A stretch of DNA of 51,307 bases from positions 1 to 51,307 of IMG/VR virus record IMGVR_UViG_3300027987_000471. One strand, given 5' to 3'. The notes under the pieces are model-generated. The model was given only the letters and a program-made list of their open reading frames with translations. It was not told where the DNA came from and made no database searches. A program made the position numbers and the translations under genes. The stretch is from a virus. Lineage: Duplodnaviria > Caudoviricetes. Position 1 is the first letter of the stretch. Each line of letters begins with the position of its first letter. This document shows, piece after piece, positions 9,546 through 19,544 of this stretch.

Positions 9546-10363
9546 GTTTAATTTTCGGCAGAAAATACGAACTTATAGTAGACGACATGTTGTTTACTGA
9601 TCTAGATTTAGGCTTTACTGTAGTAAGGACTTTAAAAGATACCTCTCCCAATTCGCTGGAGCTTACCATAACAAATGTTTCAGAAGGCCGAAGGCTGTCT
9701 ATGGTTCTAAAAAAATCGCCTGCAGTGCAGCTCAGTGCCGGTTACGAAGAGAATTTTGGAGTGATTTTTCTAGGGGAAGCCAGGGAGATAACGCCTACTA
9801 AGCAAAATACAGAGTGGATAATGTCTATATCTTCAGGAGACGGCGAAGACTCCATGGCAAAATCGAGAGTCAATAAGTCATTTGCTCCCGGTGTTTCGTA
9901 TGAGACAGTAATTCTTGAAGTTGCCAAATCTATGGGAGGTATAGGTTTGGGAAATTTAGAAAAGCTTTTGAAGAAAGGGGCTTTGCCCACAAAAAGAAAA
10001 AAATTTGTGAAAGGTGTCACTGTAAGTGGTCCTTCTAAAAAAGAGCTTCGGCGTTTAATGTTGGCCTCAGGCCTAGAGTGGAGCATCCAAAACAAGCAGT
10101 TTCAAGTTCTAGAGGCCAACAAAACTTTAAGCTCTGTAGCTTATGTTTTGTCAAAAGATACAGGCCTTGTAGGATCGCCTGTGTCTGACAACAGAGGGAA
10201 TCTAGAATTTATTTGCAATATGAATCCTCAAATAGTTCCAGGTAGACAGGTAGAAATTTCATCTAAATACGTGAAAGGCTTTTATAGATGCGTTAGAGTT
10301 GAGTACAGAGGCACTTATCCCGATGGTGAGTGGAGAAACGTAGTAGAGGCGACCAGAATATGA
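9542..10363 (+). CDS. Baseplate hub protein
   Basis: PN...L.I.N, L.AGY...G.IF.G, WSIQN, TGLVGSP and NP.I.PG motifs. Confidence 0.85.
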   Translation: MSLIFGRKYELIVDDMLFTDLDLGFTVVRTLKDTSPNSLELTITNVSEGRRLSMVLKKSPAVQLSAGYEENFGVIFLGEAREITPTKQNTEWIMSISSGDGEDSMAKSRVNKSFAPGVSYETVILEVAKSMGGIGLGNLEKLLKKGALPTKRKKFVKGVTVSGPSKKELRRLMLASGLEWSIQNKQFQVLEANKTLSSVAYVLSKDTGLVGSPVSDNRGNLEFICNMNPQIVPGRQVEISSKYVKGFYRCVRVEYRGTYPDGEWRNVVEATRI

Positions 10364-10929
10364 CGATAACACCGGACGAAATAGAAATTATCGAAGCCGC
10401 TATCGAATCGGATAGATTGGATCTTCACACTATGCGCGCAGGCACAGTTCAAGCAGTAAACGGAAAATATGTTGATGTGCGCTTAGATGTTAAACGTCTT
10501 ATTCCCGACGAGAACGGCGGGTTGGCCGAGGAGCAGATATGTGTTTTGAAGAATGTGCCTGTTTGGTGTTATAGAGATGCCACATTTCATGTAAGTTTCC
10601 CTATAAAAGCAGGCACAGAAGGAGCGGTATTTTTTTCAGAAACTTCGTTAGGCCAATGGCGCGCCGGATCAGGATCAGAAGTGCCCGACGATTCAGGTTT
10701 GCATACCTTAACAGGCGCTATATTCTTTCCCGGCATGGTTCGAGATGCCGCTACAGACGCTTTGGCGACTCCGAATGATGGTTTGGTTGTCGGAACAGTA
10801 GACGGGACAATAGCAGTATCTATACAGGAGAACGGTACTATAACTGCTGAGAATAGTGCCGGAAGTTTTGATTTAGCACCTTCAGGGCGTTTCTCGGCGA
10901 ACGGCAACAATTTTACGGTAGACCCATGA
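10360..10929 (+). CDS. Baseplate spike (Gp138 / gpV-like N-terminal OB domain)
   Basis: LHT...G.V, NVPV, FPIKAG.EG..FF.E and H.LT.A.F.PG motifs; ATGA coupling supports the start at 10360. Confidence 0.85.
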   Translation: MTITPDEIEIIEAAIESDRLDLHTMRAGTVQAVNGKYVDVRLDVKRLIPDENGGLAEEQICVLKNVPVWCYRDATFHVSFPIKAGTEGAVFFSETSLGQWRAGSGSEVPDDSGLHTLTGAIFFPGMVRDAATDALATPNDGLVVGTVDGTIAVSIQENGTITAENSAGSFDLAPSGRFSANGNNFTVDP

Positions 10930-11333
10930 CCTATTTTGCAAACGAAAGCGCTCAAGTCGGCTTGGATAATATAGCAGGCCCACCGGATCTGGTCTATTCT
11001 GGAGACGTAGTCATATCCGATGTAAGACTGACTAAAACTTATGATACGAACGTCAGAGCGGACGGCACTCGGGTTGCGACAACTTCTATAGTTTCTGTTT
11101 GGACGCCTGCTTGCCCTTTTAGTTCAGCGTCTTATACGTTTGTCTCCGGCGCGGGCAGCATATTAGCGCAGTCTGTAAGCTGCAGGTGCTCAGGAGCAGC
11201 ACCTATGCGTCTTAACGACAGCGGAACATGTCAGGGAGTATGGAACCAAACCAGTGCTCCTTATACGCCTATAGCATGTTCGTGCAATTTTTCTGTTACG
11301 GATGCCGGTCAAGATAAAGCGAGAGGGCTATGA
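10926..11333 (+). CDS. PAAR-like spike tip protein
   Basis: Cys-rich, with V.ADG.RVA and G.A.MR..D...C motifs, directly after the spike gene. Confidence 0.55.
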   Translation: MTYFANESAQVGLDNIAGPPDLVYSGDVVISDVRLTKTYDTNVRADGTRVATTSIVSVWTPACPFSSASYTFVSGAGSILAQSVSCRCSGAAPMRLNDSGTCQGVWNQTSAPYTPIACSCNFSVTDAGQDKARGL

Positions 11334-14233
11334 CAAACACTATTGCGTCTATGAGCGGCCCAAATAATGATTGGGTGTGGAGCAATGGCAGGCGTGTTTT
11401 TGTTACCGGATCAGACCTTATTCGCCAACGGTGGGGAATAAGAGCGCGGTCCATAAAAGGCGAATGGGTAATAGATAAAAACAGCGGGATCCCATACTGG
11501 GAAGAGATATTCATAAAAGGCTACTCGAATAGGCGCATAAAAGAAATTTTCCGTGAGATGTCATTAGCGACGCAGGGCGTCATCCGAGTAATCGACATAA
11601 ACCCGGGCAAGCTGAATCCAGCAACGCGCCGTCTGGATGATTTAGTTGTCAATTGTCTGATTCAAGGCGATACCGGCGAAGAGTTGGCCACTTTTAGATT
11701 TTTGTCTGATGTTTATGACATCGGCACACCGGGAAATATTATTTCGGTTACGCCCCCAGAAACAGGCATATCACCTGTCTATTTTTCTTATGTGCAGCGC
11801 GATGGAGGCCCTTTGTGGGCGGATTATTGCGTGTTTTATGCAGGCTCAGGCATAACACTCAGTGACGGCGCTCACGGCATCGCTATATCAGCTTCTGGTG
11901 TGCAGTCAATCGGCGTTCAAGGACAGACGCCGCTTACTGGAGCGCCTACACTATCCGCAGGAGACGGGATTGTTTTAACCCAGACAACCGGAAATATAGA
12001 AATAGCCAATTCTGGATTGTTTTCTATATCGTCTAACGACAACGATGAGCAGTTGGTAGGGCACCAAAAAATAGTGGAAGGTGCTAATATAGTAATAGAC
12101 GCCTTAGATTCAGACGCTGGTTTCAAAATAGCCGCTATAACCGGAGGGCCTTGGTATACGGCAGCGTCGGTAAATTTAGTTGCGGGCATCTTAAACAGTG
12201 GAACGGTAGCCGGAACTTATAACTATAGAGACGCATCTTTATATGATGTGCAGGAAATAGCCGCAACCCCAGGCTTCGATATACAATTTACATATACAGG
12301 AGTAGGCAATTTTAAAAAATTGATAGCCTATCTTCGTTACAACGGTAGTGTGTCGCATACAGTAGCTCTTAGACTCTACAATATAAATACCGTTACTTGG
12401 GATACAGTTTTAACTTTTACTTTGTCTGATTCTTGGGAAGTCTATGAGGTAGCCGTAGATAGTCCGGAAGATTATATAAATGGTTCTGATGAAGTTATTG
12501 CCGGATTGTATCATTCGAGCGCCGGAAACGCTTCTCACAACATCGAAATAGATTTATTTGTTCTAGAAAAAGACGCTTTGGCAGGCACCCCGGGAGTGAC
12601 TGACCATGGTGCGCTGACTGGATTAGCTGATTCAGCAGATCACGCTTACGCTTTTATGCATAATGGCAGCCGTGCTATGACGGGCGCTTTTAATTTGGCG
12701 TCACAAAATATAACAGATTCGAATAGAGCCAGCAGCAGCTGGGCGTCTTCAGGTATTCCTTGGACAGATAACCCGGCAGAATGGACGGCTGTCCGAGATC
12801 TGATAGGTTACGAAGGGTCTATAGCTCGTGCTATCATTCAAGCCGCTGCTTCGGGTGCTGGTGGAGTTACGTCTTTGAACACGCTGGCAGGCGATTTAGT
12901 TCTCACTGTAGGTTCGAATATCGTGCTTGATGTAGCTACACCCAATATCGAAATAGGAGTTGGAGGCTTAGCGGAAAATCAAGTTTTGATCGGTGCTGCT
13001 GGCGGTTCTATATTCCAAACTAATTACTTAACCTATGATGCTAATAATCAGCTGACAATAGGTGCCGGTTTTCCCGGACAGAGCACATTGGGCGCAGGTT
13101 TTGTTACCGGAGGAGTTGTAGCTATCGGCGGCACAGGAAGGCTGTATTTTAATAACACCGCGTCTATATCTGATGCGAATAGAGCAGGCAGCACGTGGGC
13201 TTCTCCGGGAATACGTGTATCTGCTAGCGCTGCTGAATGGTCTGCCATAGAGACACTGCTAGGCTCAGAAGGCTCATTGTTTGGGGCTATTTTAGCTTCT
13301 GCAGAAGGCAATACTTTAGACGAAGCTTATGATCAGGGAGGGGCAGGCGTAGGGGCGCTTATAACAGCCGATACGGGGCCTGTTGTAATTCAGAATACGG
13401 GGCAAAACAGTGTTTTGAATATTCAGCAAATATCGGCGACTACCTCTGGAATAGATTCTGTAGTAAACATCGCAAATAACAGTATAGCGCCCGAAGCTTT
13501 CGATATTAATTTTTCAGGCATAGCCGGTAACTATGCGGGCGTAAGCGATTATGATGATGAGGAGTATTTACTAGGGCATAGACTTTATTGCAATAATCAA
13601 ATTCTATCTATGATTTGCGAAGAAGATACTGCTGATCACGAATCGCACAGTCTTGTTTCGGTCAGACGCTTTGCCACGAATCCCGATAATTATCTGACTA
13701 AAGCGATGCTGTTGTCTGCTCATTACGATGCTGACGGTGTTCCGCCAACTTACCACGCGGCTAGAGTAGAAACGCAGATACGATGCACAACGGCGAATGA
13801 TTGGCATACGACTATTTACATGAATGCGTCAGGAGATGACGGCTCTATAGACGTAAGCGGGACCGATATAACTTTCGCAAAAACTGTGTCTTACGGTGCA
13901 GCGCCCTATACAGCAACTTATGCTGCAGGCACGCTTGTTGTGGATTGGACAAACGGCGCGGTGCAAAAAGCCGTCATAACAGGCGCGGTTACATCGGTAT
14001 CTTTCACTGCGCCAAGGGGAGTTACACCTAATTTGTTTATAGACATTGAATCTCCCAGCGGAGATTTCTCAATTAGCGGTTTTCCTGCTAATGTGCAGTG
14101 GCAAGGTTCCATAGATCCTGATTCATCTACTTTTACTATCTATTCAGGGACGTCGGCGACTATATCACTTGCCTATCTTGGGACATCGATGGGCTATAGA
14201 GCAACTATTTTGCCGCAGGTGCCGACAGCATGA
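11330..14233 (+). CDS. Fusion protein: baseplate wedge / sheath-initiator (gp25-like) domain + long fibre
   Basis: First ~125 aa carry TG.D.I.QR..IR....KGEW..D...GIPY..EI..K. The rest is Gly/Thr/Ser-rich fibre sequence (VTSLN, DHGALTGLAD..H, TLDEAYDQGG, internal duplication). Confidence 0.7.
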   Translation: MTNTIASMSGPNNDWVWSNGRRVFVTGSDLIRQRWGIRARSIKGEWVIDKNSGIPYWEEIFIKGYSNRRIKEIFREMSLATQGVIRVIDINPGKLNPATRRLDDLVVNCLIQGDTGEELATFRFLSDVYDIGTPGNIISVTPPETGISPVYFSYVQRDGGPLWADYCVFYAGSGITLSDGAHGIAISASGVQSIGVQGQTPLTGAPTLSAGDGIVLTQTTGNIEIANSGLFSISSNDNDEQLVGHQKIVEGANIVIDALDSDAGFKIAAITGGPWYTAASVNLVAGILNSGTVAGTYNYRDASLYDVQEIAATPGFDIQFTYTGVGNFKKLIAYLRYNGSVSHTVALRLYNINTVTWDTVLTFTLSDSWEVYEVAVDSPEDYINGSDEVIAGLYHSSAGNASHNIEIDLFVLEKDALAGTPGVTDHGALTGLADSADHAYAFMHNGSRAMTGAFNLASQNITDSNRASSSWASSGIPWTDNPAEWTAVRDLIGYEGSIARAIIQAAASGAGGVTSLNTLAGDLVLTVGSNIVLDVATPNIEIGVGGLAENQVLIGAAGGSIFQTNYLTYDANNQLTIGAGFPGQSTLGAGFVTGGVVAIGGTGRLYFNNTASISDANRAGSTWASPGIRVSASAAEWSAIETLLGSEGSLFGAILASAEGNTLDEAYDQGGAGVGALITADTGPVVIQNTGQNSVLNIQQISATTSGIDSVVNIANNSIAPEAFDINFSGIAGNYAGVSDYDDEEYLLGHRLYCNNQILSMICEEDTADHESHSLVSVRRFATNPDNYLTKAMLLSAHYDADGVPPTYHAARVETQIRCTTANDWHTTIYMNASGDDGSIDVSGTDITFAKTVSYGAAPYTATYAAGTLVVDWTNGAVQKAVITGAVTSVSFTAPRGVTPNLFIDIESPSGDFSISGFPANVQWQGSIDPDSSTFTIYSGTSATISLAYLGTSMGYRATILPQVPTA

Positions 14234-14952
14234 TCGGAATTCACGCTATTACAGAAAGCCTTGGAGGATCATCTGTACCCTGTTATGTTCCTGCCGGCGC
14301 GCCTCCTGATCTGATGCTGATATGCGTAGTAATAGCGGCCGCTGTTGACTATGATAATCATATCCCTAGCCTAGTTTGGAATCCCACACGGAATGGAGAT
14401 CAACTAGATAGTCAAATCCCTCCATATTATAGAGAGATAACCGGAATACAGCATACCGGAGAACCTTATATAGGCTTTCGCTATCAGGTTAGAATTTTTA
14501 GGCAGCCATCTCCCGACGTAGGCAACTACCCTATAACAATCGGACTGAGCACGAGCGGTGATGCTGTTTTAAGAAGGTCTATTAGAGCTTATTTGTTGAC
14601 GCGCGCCACTTACCACACTGTTGGGGGCACTTCCGGAACAAGTGGGACATCAGACAGCAGAAATTTTGGGCCGCTTGGTTATTGGGGCGCTATGCAGATA
14701 GGCGGAGCCGCTGCAGTTGGCGACATAGCTTACGGACAACCATTTGATACTGTTAATGTTTCGGCGTCTTCTTTGGATAATTCGTCATGGTTTTCTAATG
14801 CAACCTACGGGTCTTATTATAGGATTGCGGCGAACGTTGATAATGCTATACTAGGCACTAGAGTATCGTGGTCTCCGGCGACATGGTACGCAAACGCTGT
14901 TATAAATTTGAACGCGGAAGATTTATTAATTCCGCTTAATTCTGAAGGATAA
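14230..14952 (+). CDS. Hypothetical tail or fibre-associated protein
   Basis: ATGA-coupled to the fibre gene; beta-rich composition. Confidence 0.5.
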   Translation: MIGIHAITESLGGSSVPCYVPAGAPPDLMLICVVIAAAVDYDNHIPSLVWNPTRNGDQLDSQIPPYYREITGIQHTGEPYIGFRYQVRIFRQPSPDVGNYPITIGLSTSGDAVLRRSIRAYLLTRATYHTVGGTSGTSGTSDSRNFGPLGYWGAMQIGGAAAVGDIAYGQPFDTVNVSASSLDNSSWFSNATYGSYYRIAANVDNAILGTRVSWSPATWYANAVINLNAEDLLIPLNSEG

Positions 14953-14961
14953 GGAGCAAAA

Positions 14962-15471
14962 ATGGAAAAAACTTACACAATCGAAGAGGCCCAAGTAATT
15001 TACACAACCGGATCTACCCTTAGGGGTGTGGGCAACCAAAAAATGGTTTACGCGCTGGAGAGAAATCTAGAAGCTATCCGAAAAGCCATAAAAGAAAGCC
15101 GAGTGGCTTCCGAAATAGACGCCAGTCTACCGGCAAAAAGCCTAAAAGAAGCCGAAGATAAGCTTATAAAAGCGGCTCAAGAGCTTTCCGAAGATATGCC
15201 AGAAGATAAAAAAGATGCTTGGTTCGCTGAAGAGTCGAAAAAACTAAAACCCTTCAGGGATAGATTTAACGATCTTGATTCGAATTGGAGAAAAGGCACA
15301 GTAACTTTTCCTGTCTACACTTTGAAAGAAAAAGACATCAGAGAGGTGGAGCTTTCTGAGATTGACGGCGCACCGAGAGACCCCAAGCACACAGACGCTC
15401 AATTTCTGAATCAATACCGAGCACGTTATAACTGGATTTTAACGATGCTTGATTGCGTTGTTTTCGAATAG
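14962..15471 (+). CDS. Hypothetical helical protein, possible fibre chaperone
   Basis: AAGGAG RBS; charged helical protein with YAL.RN, located next to fibre genes. Confidence 0.45.
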   Translation: MEKTYTIEEAQVIYTTGSTLRGVGNQKMVYALERNLEAIRKAIKESRVASEIDASLPAKSLKEAEDKLIKAAQELSEDMPEDKKDAWFAEESKKLKPFRDRFNDLDSNWRKGTVTFPVYTLKEKDIREVELSEIDGAPRDPKHTDAQFLNQYRARYNWILTMLDCVVFE

Positions 15472-15483
15472 CAGAGGTAAACT

Positions 15484-16656
15484 ATGGCGGGTGTATCAAG
15501 TTCCGGTTTCACTAGCAAGACGTTTGAGGAGATAAGAGAGTCTATAAACAATAGAGTCTATACTAATGTGTCGCCGGAACTTGATCTATCTGATGATTCA
15601 TTAGACGGTGTAGAAATAGCCGCAATATCTTTAGAGATAGCTGACATGTGGGAAGCTTTACAGGCCCTTCAAGCGGCATTCGACCCCAATCAAGCTTCGG
15701 ATTGGACGCTAGAGCAAAGAGCGGCGCTAACGGGCACCTATAAATCGACCTATACCTATACTCGAGTATACGCACGAGTGCAGTTAGAGCCCAACGCAAG
15801 CTTGCCTGCCGGCGCTATCGCCAATTTAACAGGAAAGCCTAATACTAGATTCGCTTCTGAAACGGAAGTGGCGGGGGACGCTTCAGGAGGATATTTCTTC
15901 GTATGGTTCTCCGCTACAGAAGCAGGTCCTATAGCCGTAGATGTGGGCGAACTGGATGAAATAAACGTCTCTGAGCCTGGTTGGTTGGCTGTAACAAATC
16001 TGGTTGCGCAAGACACTTTAGGAACAGTTCCCGAAGAAGACGAAGAATTTAGAGACAAGAGACTTAGAGAACTTGCCGGCGCGGGATCTAGCACTTTAGC
16101 CGCGGTAAAAGCGGCCATATCTAGAGTTGCAAATGTTATTGACGTAGTCGGTTTTGAAAACGAGAACAATATTCCTCAAGGACTACTGCCTAGAAATTCT
16201 GTGCGTTTTATTGTCCGAGGGGGCGCGGACGAAGACATAGCCGATGCTATTTTTGCAGAACGCGCCGGCGGCGGTGCCGGAACAGCGGGAGATACCGCTA
16301 TAGTAGTTACCGACAGTTCAAATGTGCCTCATACAATACGAATTGACCGGCCTGTCGAGCGAGATTTTTATGCGGCTATTCAGATAAGAGTGACTACGGA
16401 ATGGGCAGGATCTGACGGCGTAGCCGCCGTAAAAGCCGCCGTAAAAGCTTATATCGACAGTCTTCATGTGGGAGACGAAATAATTTATGAGAAAGTGATT
16501 GGGTCTTTTATCTTCATAGCCGGTGTTTATGATTTGGATACCTGCGTTATTGGTCTGGCAGACCCACCCGCAACATCGGATGACATTGAAGTAGCTTATA
16601 ACGATGCTATATCGTGTTCCGTTGACGATATAGACGTGACTGCTGTGCAGGTGTAA
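15484..16656 (+). CDS. Baseplate J-like wedge protein
   Basis: G....GF..KTF.EI, FDP..A....L, GW..VTN, E.DEE.R..R and ENE motifs. Confidence 0.92.
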   Translation: MAGVSSSGFTSKTFEEIRESINNRVYTNVSPELDLSDDSLDGVEIAAISLEIADMWEALQALQAAFDPNQASDWTLEQRAALTGTYKSTYTYTRVYARVQLEPNASLPAGAIANLTGKPNTRFASETEVAGDASGGYFFVWFSATEAGPIAVDVGELDEINVSEPGWLAVTNLVAQDTLGTVPEEDEEFRDKRLRELAGAGSSTLAAVKAAISRVANVIDVVGFENENNIPQGLLPRNSVRFIVRGGADEDIADAIFAERAGGGAGTAGDTAIVVTDSSNVPHTIRIDRPVERDFYAAIQIRVTTEWAGSDGVAAVKAAVKAYIDSLHVGDEIIYEKVIGSFIFIAGVYDLDTCVIGLADPPATSDDIEVAYNDAISCSVDDIDVTAVQV

Positions 16657-16657
16657 G

Positions 16658-17254
16658 ATGCCTCCTCCCGAAGTAAACGGTAACAGAATAAATAAAGCGA
16701 TCGGCAATTTAAAAACTCAATACAAGAGCGCTGCCGGCATACAGCAAATTTTAGCAGCCGAAGTCGAAGAGATTGAAGAATTCGAACAGGCGCTTATAGA
16801 TGTTTGGGTGAAGTATACAATCGAATACGGCGAAGGATATACTTTAGACCTACTCGGCAGAATTGTTGATGCTTTGCGCAAAGGGCTGTCAGATACAGAC
16901 TATAAAGCACTTCTACGCGCGCAGATTTTGACTTTGAGATCAAACGGAAGAATAGAAGAATTATACACAATACTGCGTACTATTGAAGATCGAGAATACA
17001 GAATATATGCACAGCACCCTATGACTTTAATCGTAGAATCTAGAGACGCATGGGGGGCGATAGACGTAGATATAGTTATAGATATTCTCAACAGAGCAAG
17101 GGAAATGTGCTGGGATCTGGTGTTCGTATATTTCGAAACTTATACTCCTCTGCGCTTCGCTTCTCAAGACGCTACACCAGAGTACAGCTCAACAGAAGGG
17201 CTAGCTGACGTCACCGGAACTACCGGAGGTCGTTTTGCGAGGGATAGACGATGA
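16658..17254 (+). CDS. Baseplate wedge subunit (DUF2612-like)
   Basis: TQY, G..LD.LGRIV...R..LSD.DY...L.A.I motifs; follows baseplate J. Confidence 0.8.
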   Translation: MPPPEVNGNRINKAIGNLKTQYKSAAGIQQILAAEVEEIEEFEQALIDVWVKYTIEYGEGYTLDLLGRIVDALRKGLSDTDYKALLRAQILTLRSNGRIEELYTILRTIEDREYRIYAQHPMTLIVESRDAWGAIDVDIVIDILNRAREMCWDLVFVYFETYTPLRFASQDATPEYSSTEGLADVTGTTGGRFARDRR

Positions 17255-18486
17255 AAACTTTTTGTGATGCAGATGCATTTATAGAATACGGTCCTGCTTC
17301 AGTTATGACAGAGGCTCCTGACGGGAATATAAACGAAGGGTTTGTTTACGAGCAACTTCTTCCTCCCGGAATCCTGAACTGGTTTTTCAATCGAATAACG
17401 CGAAATCAAGTTAAGTTGGCCCGACACGCAGTAGGCTCTCATGTTTTGGAGACGTCTCAATTGGCTTTTGAAGTTAAAGCCATAAAATGGCTAAACTTGA
17501 TAAATTTGTGGGTAGCTATTCCTAATGCTGTTTCGGGCTATCTGCGTTATTCGCCTGACGGCCAGTATTGGTACCAAGGTGCCTCTTTCGATTTCGGTAC
17601 TGACTATCCCCTCAACCTAGACTATTTCCGAGCCTCGCCTACTCAAATATCGTTGTATGCCGGATCCGATGATTCTGTAGGTATAGAGCTGCAGACAACT
17701 CTAGACGTAACGTCCGGTGCTATGCTGTCCTTCCCTGGGAGCATACCAGCAGTGGCAGGCCCTACTAGAGTATTCACAAGAAATACAGAACTAGTGGCGC
17801 AGAATCAGCTTCTGTTGACAACTGGCTCACTGTCCAGTCCCGTGTTAGTGTCGCCGTCTTTCTACGGGGATTTTGCCGCGGTAACGGGTTTAGGTTCGGT
17901 ACTGTTTCGTCATAGACTGACGCATTATATAGACGGGATCGATAACGACCTGTGGTTTGGGATAGGCCACGGCGGAGCCGGTTTTAGCTTGAAACGCTTT
18001 TCCGACACAACATTGGCGTCAGGCACTGAACTGTATGATTTTGCAACAGAAGAACCTAACTTTGTGCCGACCTGTTTAGACATCAACAGCAATACGGGGC
18101 GGCTTATTGTTGCCGGCACCGAATCAGACACAGATGATTTGTTGAGGATCATGTATACCGACGATTTTGGATCTACTTGGGCCGACGCAACGGTGCCTGC
18201 TCTTGATTTTGGCTCTACGGCAACCCAAAATACTTTAGAGAAAATTCAATATCTCGGTGGTTCTTTTTGGGTTGGGCATTTCAGAACAACTACACCGGCC
18301 TACATAGAACAGAGTATTTTCTATTCGGTTGATGACGGGCTTACTTGGTATAGATCAAAACTTCTATTCTCGGCTTCGGATGAGCAGCAATTAACCGTAA
18401 ATGATTTCGATTTCTCCGGGAACTATTGGCTTACTGCTCGTGGCCCGGATGGCGCTTTTCAGCATAAAGGAAGCCTGCTGCCATGA
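17251..18486 (+). CDS. Tail fibre / receptor-binding protein with Asp-box (BNR) repeats
   Basis: N-terminal G..P...LNWFFN fibre anchor; YSPDGQYW, YTDDFGSTW and YSVDDGLTW Asp-boxes. Confidence 0.7.
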   Translation: MKTFCDADAFIEYGPASVMTEAPDGNINEGFVYEQLLPPGILNWFFNRITRNQVKLARHAVGSHVLETSQLAFEVKAIKWLNLINLWVAIPNAVSGYLRYSPDGQYWYQGASFDFGTDYPLNLDYFRASPTQISLYAGSDDSVGIELQTTLDVTSGAMLSFPGSIPAVAGPTRVFTRNTELVAQNQLLLTTGSLSSPVLVSPSFYGDFAAVTGLGSVLFRHRLTHYIDGIDNDLWFGIGHGGAGFSLKRFSDTTLASGTELYDFATEEPNFVPTCLDINSNTGRLIVAGTESDTDDLLRIMYTDDFGSTWADATVPALDFGSTATQNTLEKIQYLGGSFWVGHFRTTTPAYIEQSIFYSVDDGLTWYRSKLLFSASDEQQLTVNDFDFSGNYWLTARGPDGAFQHKGSLLP

Positions 18487-18836
18487 TAAAAGAGATCTAC
18501 GACAAAAATATTTTCGTCTATAAGATAGGCGAAATACCTGAACCGTTGAAAGTGCAGATAGAAAGAGAAGAGACCAGAAAGCCTTTGAACCTATCGGGGG
18601 CCAGCGCTTTTTTTACGCTGTTGACTGTTTCCGATTCAGGCGCGGCGTCAACTGTTATCGCATCCAGAACAGCTTCCATAGACGCCGCAAACGGTATTGT
18701 CACTCATACGTGGGAGGCCGGCGATTTAGCTGTAGAAGACAAGTACTATGGCGTTTTTTTCATAACGCTCTCCGACTCTTCTGTCATAAGCATTCCCAAG
18801 CAAAGATATTTTGAATTTGAGGTGGAGGCGCTTTAG
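18483..18836 (+). CDS. BppU-like Ig-fold virion protein
   Basis: PLNLSGA, DA.NG.V...W.AGD....Y....I......S.P pattern. Confidence 0.55.
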   Translation: MIKEIYDKNIFVYKIGEIPEPLKVQIEREETRKPLNLSGASAFFTLLTVSDSGAASTVIASRTASIDAANGIVTHTWEAGDLAVEDKYYGVFFITLSDSSVISIPKQRYFEFEVEAL

Positions 18837-18847
18837 GCGTTGACGCC

Positions 18848-18892
18848 CGCTCCTGTTTCCGGTTTGATGCTCCTTTCACGGAAACAGGAGCG
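18848..18892. terminator. Hairpin between convergent transcription units (probable terminator)
   Basis: Perfect 14-bp stem CGCTCCTGTTTCCG/CGGAAACAGGAGCG with a 17-nt loop, followed by TTTAT on +. Confidence 0.7.
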
Positions 18893-18897
18893 TTTAT

Positions 18898-19083
18898 CTA
18901 TCTTTCCCAAAACCTTTCGGCGGCGTCCTTCACGAGCTGCGTTCTTACCGGTATGCGGATCTGAAGGTAAGTCCGTTTCGGCGTCTCGACAAGCTTTCCT
19001 TCGCCGTTAACAAGAGCCTCCTGCAGAGTGCTCGATTGTATTTCTATCTCGTCACGATAGGTCTCCAATATTTTCTTTTTCAT
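18898..19083 (-). CDS. Hypothetical protein
   Basis: ATGA-coupled to the upstream gene; ends at the hairpin. Confidence 0.6.
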   Translation of the reverse strand: MKKKILETYRDEIEIQSSTLQEALVNGEGKLVETPKRTYLQIRIPVRTQLVKDAAERFWER

Positions 19084-19544
19084 TTTTTGATCCTCTCTAG
19101 CGTTCTTTTTGCTTTGTTTCTTCTGTATTTAAGCATCCTTTTCGCGCGCGGCGTTCCTCGGCAGTTCCCCGACATGTATTTATAGAATGCTCGAGTCATC
19201 GATCCTTTACAGTCACTACGTAGTTTTGAGAGAAGATATGCAGTGCAATATATTTGATTTTGCACATTGTTCAACGTATAGCCGGCAGCGCTGCATGCGC
19301 GCTTCGCTTTTCCGTGCACTTGCCCTAGTCCGTATTCTTTCAATTTAGACTTGGATTCAGCAGTATAGTCAAAGCTGCTTTCGAAATAGAAAACACTTGC
19401 TAAGTCAAATTTGTCTAGAGCGAAAGCGGTGCTTGCTTCGTTTATAATTGATACTACTTCGGCTCTATAATCTGCGTCTTTCATAATTTTAGACCTAGGC
19501 GACACAGCCATAAGCGTCATTATGAAAAGTTCTAATGTGCTCAT
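19080..19544 (-). CDS. Lytic transglycosylase (SLT domain), endolysin candidate
   Basis: Catalytic motif FESSF...A.S plus YGLGQV, N.IY.....L and A...Y.SG. Confidence 0.8.
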   Translation of the reverse strand: MSTLELFIMTLMAVSPRSKIMKDADYRAEVVSIINEASTAFALDKFDLASVFYFESSFDYTAESKSKLKEYGLGQVHGKAKRACSAAGYTLNNVQNQIYCTAYLLSKLRSDCKGSMTRAFYKYMSGNCRGTPRAKRMLKYRRNKAKRTLERIKK

